Both the position numbers and the translations under genes were made by a program. This document shows, piece after piece, positions 20,209 to 30,016 of a stretch of DNA of 64,000 bases. Position 1 is the first letter of the stretch. Every line of letters starts with the position of its first letter. The DNA comes from an uncultured virus (IMG/VR IMGVR_UViG_3300035208_003294) (Duplodnaviria; Heunggongvirae; Uroviricota; Caudoviricetes): IMG/VR virus record IMGVR_UViG_3300035208_003294; one strand, written 5' to 3'. Below the pieces are notes generated by a model. It was not told where the DNA came from. It searched no databases and saw only the letters and a list, made by a program, of their open reading frames with translations.

Positions 20209-20369
20209 AGCTCACCAACCGCGTAATCGTCTTTAAGACATGCTCTTGCTCTTTGCTCTGCTTCTTCTTCTAGTTGCTTGCGTAGTTTTGGTGTGTCTTC
20301 CAAGTCTTCGACATTGAACCACCACTTGATATCGTGCTGGCAAGCCCTTAACGTGCCTTCGATTATCAT
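20157..20369 (-). CDS. Hypothetical protein
   Basis: AAAATG start; GELC...RGWW. Confidence 0.65.
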   Translation of the reverse strand: MIIEGTLRACQHDIKWWFNVEDLEDTPKLRKQLEEEAEQRARACLKDDYAVGELCSVINEKEVRGWWNIK

Positions 20370-20520
20370 TTTTCAGCCTTCTTAAGAATGCAATTCTCGT
20401 TGATGTTTATCCCAGGAAAGCCTTCACGTGTAGCGTTTATCTCTACGCAACAGACAATTACCCACGTTCCTTCTATCTTCCTTGTGGCCTTCGAAACCAG
20501 CTTGCCTTTATATTCCATGT

Positions 20521-20760
20521 CTATAACCTCGTTATTATGTTGAATTCTGGATTATCTTTGAAGAAGCAATTAGCTGCTTCTAAATCTTCGAATTGATGTA
20601 TGTACTTCGATCCATTATCTTTGTACTGCGACAAATACGTTGGGTACTTTGTAGTGCAAAGAACAACGTGTATTGTGTTGTACTCGGTTGATATGTTCAG
20701 AAACATATCATCATGCCGTATTTGAACTCCCTCGTTGTGGTCTAGTTTTAAGCTGCTCAT
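20521..20760 (-). CDS. Hypothetical protein
   Basis: ATGA overlap. Confidence 0.6.
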   Translation of the reverse strand: MSSLKLDHNEGVQIRHDDMFLNISTEYNTIHVVLCTTKYPTYLSQYKDNGSKYIHQFEDLEAANCFFKDNPEFNIITRL

Positions 20761-21065
20761 TTTAATGCTCTTCTTAAATCTTGAATCGTCGGGACTATCC
20801 CAATGAACAATATATCATCGTCCTTCGAAAGCAGTGCCGGGAAACAGGACACTTGCTTCATCAGGACATCGAGCATCTTATCAGGATCGTCGCAATTGAC
20901 GACCTCTACCCTGTCCGCGAGGCCATCTCCCAGGCTGGCCAGGAGCTTCTTAAAAGCCTCGCAATAAGGACAGTTCGAGATAGTGTAAAGCTTGAAAGGC
21001 TTATCCAAGGCAGCAACATCTTCCATTGTCGATTTCCTCCACGTCACCATCTTCGTCTTGTTCAT
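20757..21065 (-). CDS. Glutaredoxin/thioredoxin-fold protein
   Basis: LYTISNCPYC, V.CFPAL, FIG. Confidence 0.8.
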   Translation of the reverse strand: MNKTKMVTWRKSTMEDVAALDKPFKLYTISNCPYCEAFKKLLASLGDGLADRVEVVNCDDPDKMLDVLMKQVSCFPALLSKDDDILFIGIVPTIQDLRRALK

Positions 21066-23148
21066 CTACTGCTACGTCATTGACGAACTCTTCCTCGTCT
21101 TCCTCGTCGTTATTCGTATTCTGGTAACGAGTCGGATTGGAGTCGAGCTTCAGTGTGTGAATCTCTCCCGTAAGCATTGCGTCCTTGTGGACCGCGAGTA
21201 TTCTCTTAGCTATTGAATCCTTGATTTCAAACTCCTGGTCCAGACCGACGTTTAAATCGACGATGCAACGATAGTTCTTGACTATCTTATTGTCTTGGTC
21301 GCGCTCGAGTCTATAAACCTTGGCGGCTTTGTCGATGAAGTATCTCACCTTGGAGACAGAGGTTACTACGTAACCATCCTTAATAGTCTCTGTATTCGTT
21401 ATCTTGACTGCGTGCTTTATGAATTCCTCGGCCCTTTTAACGTTATCTTCCTGACGCTTCCTGTAGCCCTTTAGGTGCTTGATGAAATCGTCGTAGTCAA
21501 AACCCTTTAAGGAATCCTTAAGCACTGTGCAGAAGTGGACAACTGAAACGCATCTATCAGATGAGTAGTAACCCCTTCCTTGGTTCTGGACATCCAAGAA
21601 TCTTCTCAGAGCTGAGATATGATACTCCTTGCTTCCGATCTTGACATACATCTTGTTGTCCTTGTCTTCTCTGAAAGCCATGTGAGTAACGTATGTGCCT
21701 TCGAAGTTACCGCTGTAACCCTCTAGTTTGTCTATACCTAGCTTGATATCCAGGCCGGTACTCAGTACCTTCTGCGTTTCCAGAGGTATCTTGCCTGCCT
21801 TCTTGACAAACGCATCGAATTCTTCCTGGGACTTCATTCCAAGGGCTGCGATTATGACATCTGAATACTCTGTTCTTCTGATGTTCACACCATTGAGGAA
21901 GTACCTTCCCGTATCTCTGCGCTCGGCTACGATCTTTATGTTGTTTATCTGAAACTCCTTCTTGTCCTTGAACCTCACAACATAAGGAATGTAGTTCGTG
22001 TCGTATTGTAATACGTTGAATAAGAAGTTCCTTATGAACGGTTCAAAGTTCAATTCATTACTGAAAAGAACCTTAGCTCCACTTACATACTGCGTAATGA
22101 GATCGGATTTGATACTCTTGCCCCGGTAGCGTATCTCTCCCTTGCGTATCTTTATCCCTGAGATAGTGATGAACTTTCCGACATTGAACGCTTTCTGATG
22201 CTTCGAGCTGATCTTTTCCCTTGCAGTTTCTATCAACTGCTGCTTCTCCTTGTTCAACACATTGATATTTAGTCGCTCTGCGGCTCCATTATATAATTGT
22301 GCTGTGAGCAAGGTATGGTCAGGGAATATGTCATATAGTTCTTCGAGTTCTATGTATGTGAGCGTCTCGTTCAGCTCATCTGAGACTAGCATGGTCTTGA
22401 TGCACTCTCTTCCCTCGTCTATGTAATCGTATTCCTTGTCGGTATGTTTGTAGATGATGCCTGAATAATCCCTCGAGTGCACATGGACATGACACATCCC
22501 GTTATTGTATGTTTTGTTTGCACTCTCTTTCACTATCGCGCACCGGTAATTGTTATGCTCAAGGACTTTGATTATCCTTGGAACGTTGGCTCTAAGCTCA
22601 ACATCCTTCTTTACAATATCAACATCGTCTGCTTTAAAAAGCCAATAGACAGATGCGAGCATTCCCAATATCTTCTCCTGTTCTTTGTCTGCTTTATCGA
22701 ACTTCTTAAGGTTAACCGAATAGTAGAAAATCTGTCTTTTCTCTGAAAGCTTTCGTAATAATAGCTTCCTTAGATGGTCTTCCGAAGTGATTACTCCATC
22801 TATCTTCAGATCTACTTGATAAGACCTTAGAAGCACTCCAAGAGTAAATAGTTGTTCTGGAACAGTATCCATTCTGATAAGGTTGTTGAATAGGATCAAG
22901 TCCCCTATCTTCATGTCAACGTCTTTAGCCACTCTCAACTCCTTTCGTTCCTTGATGAAGTAAGTGTAATCATTCAACGAGAAACCGATTACTGCCTTCT
23001 TCTTTATCGCAAGGATCACATACCCGTGTGTGAAGTTGTTGCCGAACTTGTCCTTTGGATATCTGCCTTCCTTGATGGTTTTTAGTTCGGTTTCCGTCAG
23101 TCCAAGCTTTAGCCACTTGTCGTAAAATCTAAGAGTTTCGAAGTTCAT
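21001..23148 (-). CDS. Large uncharacterised protein (715 aa) with C-terminal RCIVD...D.IAKRILA..D motif and acidic tail
   Basis: Long ORF with AAAATG start; function unknown. Confidence 0.8.
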   Translation of the reverse strand: MNFETLRFYDKWLKLGLTETELKTIKEGRYPKDKFGNNFTHGYVILAIKKKAVIGFSLNDYTYFIKERKELRVAKDVDMKIGDLILFNNLIRMDTVPEQLFTLGVLLRSYQVDLKIDGVITSEDHLRKLLLRKLSEKRQIFYYSVNLKKFDKADKEQEKILGMLASVYWLFKADDVDIVKKDVELRANVPRIIKVLEHNNYRCAIVKESANKTYNNGMCHVHVHSRDYSGIIYKHTDKEYDYIDEGRECIKTMLVSDELNETLTYIELEELYDIFPDHTLLTAQLYNGAAERLNINVLNKEKQQLIETAREKISSKHQKAFNVGKFITISGIKIRKGEIRYRGKSIKSDLITQYVSGAKVLFSNELNFEPFIRNFLFNVLQYDTNYIPYVVRFKDKKEFQINNIKIVAERRDTGRYFLNGVNIRRTEYSDVIIAALGMKSQEEFDAFVKKAGKIPLETQKVLSTGLDIKLGIDKLEGYSGNFEGTYVTHMAFREDKDNKMYVKIGSKEYHISALRRFLDVQNQGRGYYSSDRCVSVVHFCTVLKDSLKGFDYDDFIKHLKGYRKRQEDNVKRAEEFIKHAVKITNTETIKDGYVVTSVSKVRYFIDKAAKVYRLERDQDNKIVKNYRCIVDLNVGLDQEFEIKDSIAKRILAVHKDAMLTGEIHTLKLDSNPTRYQNTNNDEEDEEEFVNDVAVDEQDEDGDVEEIDNGRCCCLG

Positions 23149-23153
23149 TTTGC

Positions 23154-23684
23154 TTATTGTATCTCCTGGAGAAGCTCTATTTCTTCATCGCTGAAAAGCC
23201 TTTCGACATTGAGCCACTCGTCCTTGACTCCTTTGTAAGTAGTCTCGGCTCTCCTGCTATCAGTATTGTACCCATACTCACTACAGAAATCTTCGAATGT
23301 TCCAGGATCGTACTTCTGCAAACAAGAGAACACTGTATAAGGCGTTGGCTCTTCGAATTCTTTGTTCTTAACGTAAAACGTTCCGAATCCCTGGAACGAG
23401 CTTCTAGCTCGCTTCAAACCCTCTTCAGTTAATAAATCTCCTTGTTTGTATTTCTTGTCATTTGACAAATAGACAACAATATACTTTCCAGAGTGAACGA
23501 TGGATTGCCCGAACCTGAAAATCCATTTACGGGTTCCTCTTGACAGCGCTATCTCGTAGATATCTCTCTTCTCTTTGTCATCTGGAAAGTATTTATCGTT
23601 CGATAACCATCTTGCCTGAAACATGGTTCCAGTCTTTTTGAGAAATTCCGAAGCCTGCTTATCGTATTCTGATTCTTCTTTCAT
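23154..23684 (-). CDS. Conserved viral/plasmid hypothetical protein
   Basis: PTPY.V.SCL.KYDPGTFEDFCSEYGY..DSR.A..TY. Confidence 0.8.
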   Translation of the reverse strand: MKEESEYDKQASEFLKKTGTMFQARWLSNDKYFPDDKEKRDIYEIALSRGTRKWIFRFGQSIVHSGKYIVVYLSNDKKYKQGDLLTEEGLKRARSSFQGFGTFYVKNKEFEEPTPYTVFSCLQKYDPGTFEDFCSEYGYNTDSRRAETTYKGVKDEWLNVERLFSDEEIELLQEIQ

Positions 23685-23718
23685 TGTTTATCCCTCAAAA
23701 GAAAAAAGAGATAACAAC

Positions 23719-24309
23719 TTATACCTGTATCTTGGTCGGTATGGTTGCTCTTGGCTCTTCGATTATCTCTACGAAATCTGGTTTGCTTTTCTCGTCTGCC
23801 TTTACTATCTTCTCGAAAGCAGTCTTGTCTAGACTTAGAGCAATTAGATGTTCCTTTGCCCAGGCCAATGCCCTGTCCTTCTCGTAGTTCAGGATGGTGA
23901 ACATCTTGATAGCAACACCACAGTCGAAGCTCTTCGTGCCGTTGGCCTTGAACTGCTCTACCGCATCCTGCCGTATGCTCGATTCCACTTCGTCTATCGT
24001 CGTAGCCGTAAGCTTGACAGTCTGAATCAGCTCGTCGTTGTCTCTATTAAACTCCTCCTGGAGTACTGCAAGGCGTTCCTTCATATGCGCCTGCTCTTCC
24101 CTTAAGCGCCCAAGGCGCAAAGTCTCTGTGTTTATGTCCATTTTATTGTTTATCAATCTTGTTGGGCTCCCAGCTAATACCCATCTACGTATCTTTTCTT
24201 TAGGTAGACAGCTAAGATTTTTAATAATTTCTTTCTGAAAAACAGGTAGTTTTATTCCGAGTACGTTTTCGAGGAACTCGGAATTATCTTCTACCTGGTT
24301 TATGTCCAT
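23719..24309 (-). CDS. Gam/Gp157-like coiled-coil protein (core probably starts at 24140)
   Basis: Coiled coil then K...GV.IK....L.YE...ALAWAKE...LDK..FEK. Confidence 0.55.
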   Translation of the reverse strand: MDINQVEDNSEFLENVLGIKLPVFQKEIIKNLSCLPKEKIRRWVLAGSPTRLINNKMDINTETLRLGRLREEQAHMKERLAVLQEEFNRDNDELIQTVKLTATTIDEVESSIRQDAVEQFKANGTKSFDCGVAIKMFTILNYEKDRALAWAKEHLIALSLDKTAFEKIVKADEKSKPDFVEIIEEPRATIPTKIQV

Positions 24310-24311
24310 TT

Positions 24312-24755
24312 TTATCTCAAACGAAATTCCTTAAAAAGATAACTCTTTAACATGTATTCTGTTCTTGGGTTTGCAATGATCACGTTCTCTGGAAGTAACA
24401 TATTCCTAAAAAATATCAAGTCTTCATTCCGATTTAATTTTAATTTTTCTTTATAGTCTTGCAATTGTAACGTTGTTCCAACAATCGTTAAAGCGTTCAT
24501 TAAATCATTTAATGTATGCATTGCGATCTGTTCTCCCATTTGCTCACTATTTGATAGTAATAGCATGCTCCTCGAAACATTTGTTTTATGTTGAAGCCTG
24601 AAAGTAAAGACTATATCTCTTCCTCCAAAGTCATTGGGAAGTATTTCTGGGTAAATCGCTTTCTTTAATAAGTCACTATTAAAAGAGTAGCGTTTTATTA
24701 TCTGTTCAACTATATTGTGTATGTCCATTTTATCTTTTATACTGGTAATTGCCAC
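24312..24755 (-). CDS. Hypothetical protein
   Basis: ORF in operon; start probably at MDIH. Confidence 0.65.
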   Translation of the reverse strand: MAITSIKDKMDIHNIVEQIIKRYSFNSDLLKKAIYPEILPNDFGGRDIVFTFRLQHKTNVSRSMLLLSNSEQMGEQIAMHTLNDLMNALTIVGTTLQLQDYKEKLKLNRNEDLIFFRNMLLPENVIIANPRTEYMLKSYLFKEFRLR

Positions 24756-24993
24756 AGTTGTCGCATCTGAGTACTTGTATTTTCTCCCCGAAAATATCTT
24801 TGACTGAACTAATGTTCATCTGCTCACTGTTGCAAGCACAACAGTTTTGTGTTTTATTTGCAGTCCAATCTTTTACAAGACTCTTTAGATGCTCACCTAC
24901 ACAGATTGCCCACTCAATTCCGCGAGTCTCTTCTGGTTCCTTTAGCAACCTCTGAAGTTTATCGCTCCAAATTATAAGTTCTTCTGTGTTCAT
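24730..24993 (-). CDS. Small Zn-ribbon protein
   Basis: CACN...RCDNCG. Confidence 0.6.
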   Translation of the reverse strand: MNTEELIIWSDKLQRLLKEPEETRGIEWAICVGEHLKSLVKDWTANKTQNCCACNSEQMNISSVKDIFGEKIQVLRCDNCGNYQYKR

Positions 24994-24994
24994 T

Positions 24995-25441
24995 TTATTG
25001 TTTATAGTTCTTGTCGAGCCACCCTCGTATCGCTTTTATCTTAAGATAAATGTGGTTGGGTTCCTCTGCGCCATCTATCTTTCCTTCTTCGTAGTGTTGC
25101 TTCTCGTTTTCTTCACTGTAATCAAGAAGCGTCACTACTCTGTCTAAGATCGTAGAGGGAACACTTATCTGCTTGACTTCTTCATCTATTAGGTCAAGTT
25201 CTACAAGAGGATAACCATCTAATTTCTCATTGATCCATATCTGCTCATCGTCTCCACTGAAATCCAGGTCAGAGAGCTTGACATTCTTCTTGATGATATT
25301 AATCTGTTGACGAGCCTTCAGAAACTCTTCGTCATCGTCGATATTCACGAGCTCTATAGTTCCCGCTCTTGTACGGTCGTTGACCGTCCAGTCACCATCG
25401 CTTCCCCAAACGTCAAGCGTCCACACATCGTACTTTTTCAT
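24995..25441 (-). CDS. Acidic hypothetical protein
   Basis: LDVWG...WTVND pattern; AAAATG start. Confidence 0.75.
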   Translation of the reverse strand: MKKYDVWTLDVWGSDGDWTVNDRTRAGTIELVNIDDDEEFLKARQQINIIKKNVKLSDLDFSGDDEQIWINEKLDGYPLVELDLIDEEVKQISVPSTILDRVVTLLDYSEENEKQHYEEGKIDGAEEPNHIYLKIKAIRGWLDKNYKQ

Positions 25442-25547
25442 TTTGAATGCAGGGCCGCTGCCGGGACCGGAATTTGCGCATGAGCTACTTAGAGCATGAA
25501 TGCTTGTTTATCCCGACTTTACTTTTTCCGCATAGCGGCCTTTCTGC

Positions 25548-25724
25548 TCAGTTGGTCTTCCTTGTTATGTTGATCGATATCCCTATATCTCCGTCGCTCT
25601 GGAAGCCTCCTGTCGTAGCCAGGATTCAAGTCTTTCCTGTTCTAGACCTCTGCGTGCTGTTAGGGTCATACTCAATAGTCACTGTGTGCTTTTCCTTGTC
25701 GTGCGTTACTTTGCCTAGTTTCAT
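25548..25724 (-). pseudogene. 58-codon ORF of the small 'S.SGKT..(I/V)AST.G' protein type interrupted by an in-frame TGA (25626-25628)
   Basis: MKLGKVTHDKEKHTVTIEYDPNSTQRSRTGKT*ILATTGGFQSDGDIGISINITRKTN*; AAAATG start. Confidence 0.6.
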
Positions 25725-25749
25725 TTTATATCAATGAAAAAAGGAGAAA

Positions 25750-26043
25750 TCAACTTCCTTCTTGTATGACTACTGAATAAAGTTTGTGATCCTTTGACAC
25801 CTTTTCTTTTAGATGATCGTTTAGTATCGCATTAAGCTCGGTGCTTGACGAATCTTCATTGTCTCCTGGATACTTGCCATTTATTGTGAGGTCTACAAGT
25901 CCTCTACTATCGAACTCTGCGAACACTCGTTTATTTTCGAAGTAGCTGCATGGCCACATTGCTCCTTCTTTGTGGGCCCAGTTGTATGTATCGCTTGCTG
26001 AAAGCCAAAGCTTTATGCAATCCGGAGTTATTGATATTCTCAT
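25750..26043 (-). CDS. Hypothetical protein
   Basis: LWLSA.DTY.WA....WPCS pattern; coupled. Confidence 0.7.
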   Translation of the reverse strand: MRISITPDCIKLWLSASDTYNWAHKEGAMWPCSYFENKRVFAEFDSRGLVDLTINGKYPGDNEDSSSTELNAILNDHLKEKVSKDHKLYSVVIQEGS

Positions 26044-26375
26044 TTTGAAAGTTTATTTATTATTTCTTTGAAATTATCTCTTGCCATCAGGTGCGATTTG
26101 TTGATGATCTTTACAAGACAAACGATTACATCGATTGCTTCATAACGAATCTCCGTTCCTCTATGCAAGGCTTCAAGTAGTTCTCCGAACTCTTCAAAGA
26201 GCTTGACTATCATGATGCTCTGATCGTCGCTCTTATGATTGTTCGCAAGGAAGCGCTCATTAACGGTTATCATGTTCAAGAGCAGTTCATTATCGAACTT
26301 GATTTCCTTACCGGTGTCTTTGATGATGACTATTCTTAAGCCGACGCCCATTGGACATTCTTCGTTGGAGCTCAT
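26040..26375 (-). CDS. MazG-like nucleotide pyrophosphohydrolase domain protein
   Basis: KLFEEFGELLEAL.....EAIDV. Confidence 0.6.
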   Translation of the reverse strand: MSSNEECPMGVGLRIVIIKDTGKEIKFDNELLLNMITVNERFLANNHKSDDQSIMIVKLFEEFGELLEALHRGTEIRYEAIDVIVCLVKIINKSHLMARDNFKEIINKLSK

Positions 26376-26376
26376 T

Positions 26377-27249
26377 TTAGGAGTATTCTAAATTTAATTC
26401 TTCTATGTCTTTCTTAGCCTTTGTAATTGCTTCGCTTACTGAACGTTTCCAGATTTTACTGCAAACCTGCTCATCTTTAAGCAACTTCTTGGCCTTTGAA
26501 ATATCCCAATGGTCTTCTACGGCATCCATGATAATTTCCTGTGCCGCAGACTCGTCTAATGCCTCCCATTGATACTTTCCAGGCGCTTCTGGTTGATCAG
26601 GGATATTATACTTATCTATGTGTTCTTTGTTAATTCCACAACGAATGTAAGTGAATGTTTTATCACACCATGAGTCTATGTCGCGCATGGCGTTTTCTGG
26701 GATTTCGAGACCTTTCGGATCGTAGTCCCCAAAATATAGGACGAATAATTCCTTGTCTCCAAATCGCTTACAATAATCTATCATTTCAGCGATTTTGTAT
26801 TTGAATGGAATACTAGCATCTCCTCCAAATGGACACATTGGTATTCTTAGATCCTCAAGCAAATACTTAAATTGACCAACCATTGCCTTTGCTTCAAAGC
26901 ATGCTATAACTAGCTCATCCTGGTGATGCCCTATTTCTAGTCTTGGTCTCTTGTCTAGCTGTGATTCAAACCATGACGTGGGGCTAGTATAACCTAGTCC
27001 GTATTCTCCTATGATTCCTCGCGTATCATCTGCGAACGTTTCTGGTGTCCAGTTCTTATAATAACCCTTACGGGCTTTACTCGTAACTCCTAGAAAACGT
27101 TTGTAGTCATCTTTCGTAAATCCTTTCTCCTGTACTAGACGATAGAAAACCCATCTCGCTGTTGGTTTGTATGGAATCCTAGCGATCCTGGTCTGTGCCC
27201 AATCGAGCCACGCTGCATTTTCCTGAGAAGGTTTGTATGTTGCTGTCAT
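26377..27249 (-). CDS. Topo VI-A/Spo11/JetD-like wHTH-Toprim protein
   Basis: T.RWVFYRLV (candidate catalytic Tyr), EAKAM, GG.AS, YFGDYDPKG, EALD. Confidence 0.75.
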   Translation of the reverse strand: MTATYKPSQENAAWLDWAQTRIARIPYKPTARWVFYRLVQEKGFTKDDYKRFLGVTSKARKGYYKNWTPETFADDTRGIIGEYGLGYTSPTSWFESQLDKRPRLEIGHHQDELVIACFEAKAMVGQFKYLLEDLRIPMCPFGGDASIPFKYKIAEMIDYCKRFGDKELFVLYFGDYDPKGLEIPENAMRDIDSWCDKTFTYIRCGINKEHIDKYNIPDQPEAPGKYQWEALDESAAQEIIMDAVEDHWDISKAKKLLKDEQVCSKIWKRSVSEAITKAKKDIEELNLEYS

Positions 27250-27421
27250 TTTATTTTATGTAACAATCGGCTTCATGCTCCGTGTAGATGTACTCGCATA
27301 GCTGATCTTCTGCATGATATGGTTCTGTAGCTCCGGGACCGTCATAATCATATGGGCTGTTTATTGTATTGAAATTGCCCCAACAATCCATGTCCGTAAC
27401 CCTGCCATGTTTTATCATTTT

Positions 27422-28150
27422 TTAGATATAATTCAGAATATCAGAGTAGACAACTTCTCCAATTCCATCCAGTTCCTTGACTTCCTTGAGCTTGTCGAAG
27501 AGCTCCTTGTCCTTTAGTTTGAGGATATCTGATAAAGACTTTATCTCGAAAGCCTCCATCAAGGTCTTGGCTCTTGTCGGGCCGATGCCCGGGATACGAC
27601 ATATCATCGAACAGACAATGTCTTCCTTTGTGTACTGCCTTCGGCCGTTAAAGACCGTGATGGGTTCAGGAACTTTACCGTCGTGAGACTTGAGGATAGC
27701 GCATAGCGCAGCCCAAGGTATCTCCCCGTCATTGCATACGAAGATAGGTCTTACCTTGTATCTGATGGCTATGCTTAATTGAGCCCCTATAATGGCATGA
27801 GGATGTAGCCCATTGTCATACGGGTCCCCGACAATAAGCATGAACTTATGCTCGAAGTTATCGTACATGTTCTGAAGCTGGACAAGCATGTGGTCATCTT
27901 CGTCTGTGATGGAAGTCCCGAAATCCTTCTTCTTACGCTCGATACAGACATCACCGCACACATAGTCGCCAATTGGAAGATTAGAATATTCTACTTCTAC
28001 GTCGTACATCCGGCCTTTGTACTTGTAGCCCTTCTCCTGGAACTCTTCCAGTTGGTGCCGTGCGTCCAAGTCCCGTTCCCTGTTGTCAACTTGTAATTTT
28101 ATCAGTTCCCTTGCCCTGCGCATGCGCTTCGGTTTAGGTTCTTCTTCCAT
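27422..28150 (-). CDS. ERCC4/XPF-family structure-specific nuclease with HhH
   Basis: VDNRE, GDY....CIERKK..D, IPGIGP, LDGIGE. Confidence 0.9.
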   Translation of the reverse strand: MEEEPKPKRMRRARELIKLQVDNRERDLDARHQLEEFQEKGYKYKGRMYDVEVEYSNLPIGDYVCGDVCIERKKKDFGTSITDEDDHMLVQLQNMYDNFEHKFMLIVGDPYDNGLHPHAIIGAQLSIAIRYKVRPIFVCNDGEIPWAALCAILKSHDGKVPEPITVFNGRRQYTKEDIVCSMICRIPGIGPTRAKTLMEAFEIKSLSDILKLKDKELFDKLKEVKELDGIGEVVYSDILNYI

Positions 28151-28478
28151 TTTGATTAAAAATTACCATTGAATATAAATATAACCGTGAAGGGATTTCC
28201 ATCGCAATTACATTGCTTCCCATTATAAACGATTGTTCCCGTCTCATCTATGCGAACGCGATACTTTTTTTTACACAAATCACATCTTACTAAACATGTT
28301 TTATTAATTGGCATTTCATTCATTTCTCTCATTTTTAGATTTACTTATTTACACGAAATTGTAAAATTTTATCTCTCTCGTCCTTCCGTATTCGTGTTTC
28401 TGCCCCGACTACAAGGTCTAATGAGGCTGAAAACCTGAATGGGGTTTACCTGCTGATGAAAGCGTTAAGCGTCCTAAA

Positions 28479-28952
28479 TCATATCATGGCATTAAACTCA
28501 TCTTCTTTCAGATATTCTGAGAGCTTAATTATTCGTTCTTTTATTTTCTCATAGCCCCGAACCTTTTTGAAGTCCGGCTTAGATTTCGATAGAAGTTCGT
28601 ATTCTGATACGGGAATTAAAACACAACCTGTTTTATTCTCTGCATATCTTCTAAGTATTTGAAAAGGCCGTTCTCCAGGGGAAAAAGAAGGCATCCATCT
28701 CACTTTTTTACTGTCATGGTCCATCATTAAGAGAACAAAATCCTTAGTCGGCCCCTCTACTTCTGAAATGTCTTTCAATGCCTTACCTATCTCTCGCATT
28801 TCAATCCGCCCATCCTCATCAAGCATAGGGTCTTTTGGGTCGTATTGAAGCTCTGCTTTTATCAGTTCAGCCGCCTCTTTCTTTGTCTCGGCCATGATAT
28901 AATATGCGTCTTTGTAATACGCTGAAAAGCGCCACACCTTATTATCCATCAT
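28479..28952 (-). CDS. Hypothetical protein
   Basis: 157 aa ORF. Confidence 0.7.
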   Translation of the reverse strand: MMDNKVWRFSAYYKDAYYIMAETKKEAAELIKAELQYDPKDPMLDEDGRIEMREIGKALKDISEVEGPTKDFVLLMMDHDSKKVRWMPSFSPGERPFQILRRYAENKTGCVLIPVSEYELLSKSKPDFKKVRGYEKIKERIIKLSEYLKEDEFNAMI

Positions 28953-29269
28953 TCGTCCTCCTCTTTACTTCCTGTCTCTTTTGCTTCGGTGTCAATGAGT
29001 TTCATAATGTCTTTGTTCACAAGACCAATAGGGACATAAATATAGTCATCGTTTGCTGGATTCCCAACATTATTTTCAAGAAAGTCCGACAAGTTCCTTA
29101 TCCTGCTTTTATCATCAACGCACACATAAAGCGTGTCCATAAACCAATAAACCATTCCTTTAATTAAAACCATTTCATTCCTCCATCTTCTTTTTACATC
29201 GACCACAAATAGCGTATTTTTCCTCCCAGTTAAAAGCCTCCCCGGCCTTTTTACATCCTTTATAGACAC
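28949..29269 (-). CDS. Hypothetical cassette gene ending ETGSKEEDE
   Basis: C-terminus encoded by the junction repeat. Confidence 0.6.
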   Translation of the reverse strand: MSIKDVKRPGRLLTGRKNTLFVVDVKRRWRNEMVLIKGMVYWFMDTLYVCVDDKSRIRNLSDFLENNVGNPANDDYIYVPIGLVNKDIMKLIDTEAKETGSKEEDE

Positions 29270-29350
29270 TATGCGACTTTTTACAATTTTCCCAGTTCTT
29301 CTTTCCCTGAATCCTCAAAGGATCATCTGGAAACGTATCAAAATAGGCCA

Positions 29351-29662
29351 TTATCCTTTATCCTCTTGGGGTTCTGTAATAATTGTCCATAGGTCTGCTT
29401 GTAGGTTAATAGACTCTCCTTTGCATAGCCATCGATTATGTATCTTGTCATACCTTACAAGTTGTTTGACATTTCCTTGGTTTGTATTGCATACTAAAAT
29501 CTCTTTTCCGTCATGAGGAATAGAGTTTATAGGCATCCAAACGGTCTTTATATTCCTTATATCCCTTTCTAATTCTTCTCGTTCCTTTCTTTCAACGCCT
29601 TCAAATCCTCGATGTATCTGCTCTTTAAGACTTTTTCCAAGAGCGTTTATTTTACGTGTCAT
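29351..29662 (-). CDS. DUF551-like small phage protein
   Basis: WMPINSIPHDGKEILV...W....P. Confidence 0.6.
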   Translation of the reverse strand: MTRKINALGKSLKEQIHRGFEGVERKEREELERDIRNIKTVWMPINSIPHDGKEILVCNTNQGNVKQLVRYDKIHNRWLCKGESINLQADLWTIITEPQEDKG

Positions 29663-29698
29663 TTTGAATCCTATTCGTTATCCTCTTTACTTCCTGTC

Positions 29699-30016
29699 TC
29701 AAATGCCCGCAGTATTCTCTTGTTCTGGTTTTGATTCCTTGATGCTTACAATTATATCCATTCCAAGAGCCTCCTTTAATGCTTGCTCGACATTATCTTT
29801 TATTTCTGCCGTTATCAAAGCGTCTGGGACCTTTTCTTTTGGAACCACCCATTTAGCCTCTAGTCGTGGTCTTTCAAATATCTTATCTGGAAGGTCTACC
29901 TCTATTTTCATGCTTATTTCCCCCGCCTTACAGCTAGGATTTGCTCCAAGCTTCGCGATTATATGATTCTGTTTGCGATTATCCTTTTTAAAAATCATAA
30001 AGCCCCTGTATATCAT
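29699..30016 (-). CDS. Hypothetical cassette gene
   Basis: Stop codon overlaps the junction repeat. Confidence 0.7.
   Translation of the reverse strand: MIYRGFMIFKKDNRKQNHIIAKLGANPSCKAGEISMKIEVDLPDKIFERPRLEAKWVVPKEKVPDALITAEIKDNVEQALKEALGMDIIVSIKESKPEQENTAGI

Noticed and set aside
25626..25628. Genome-wide TGA reassignment
   Set aside because: Many genes end in TGA with ATGA overlaps and long genes are intact under the standard code
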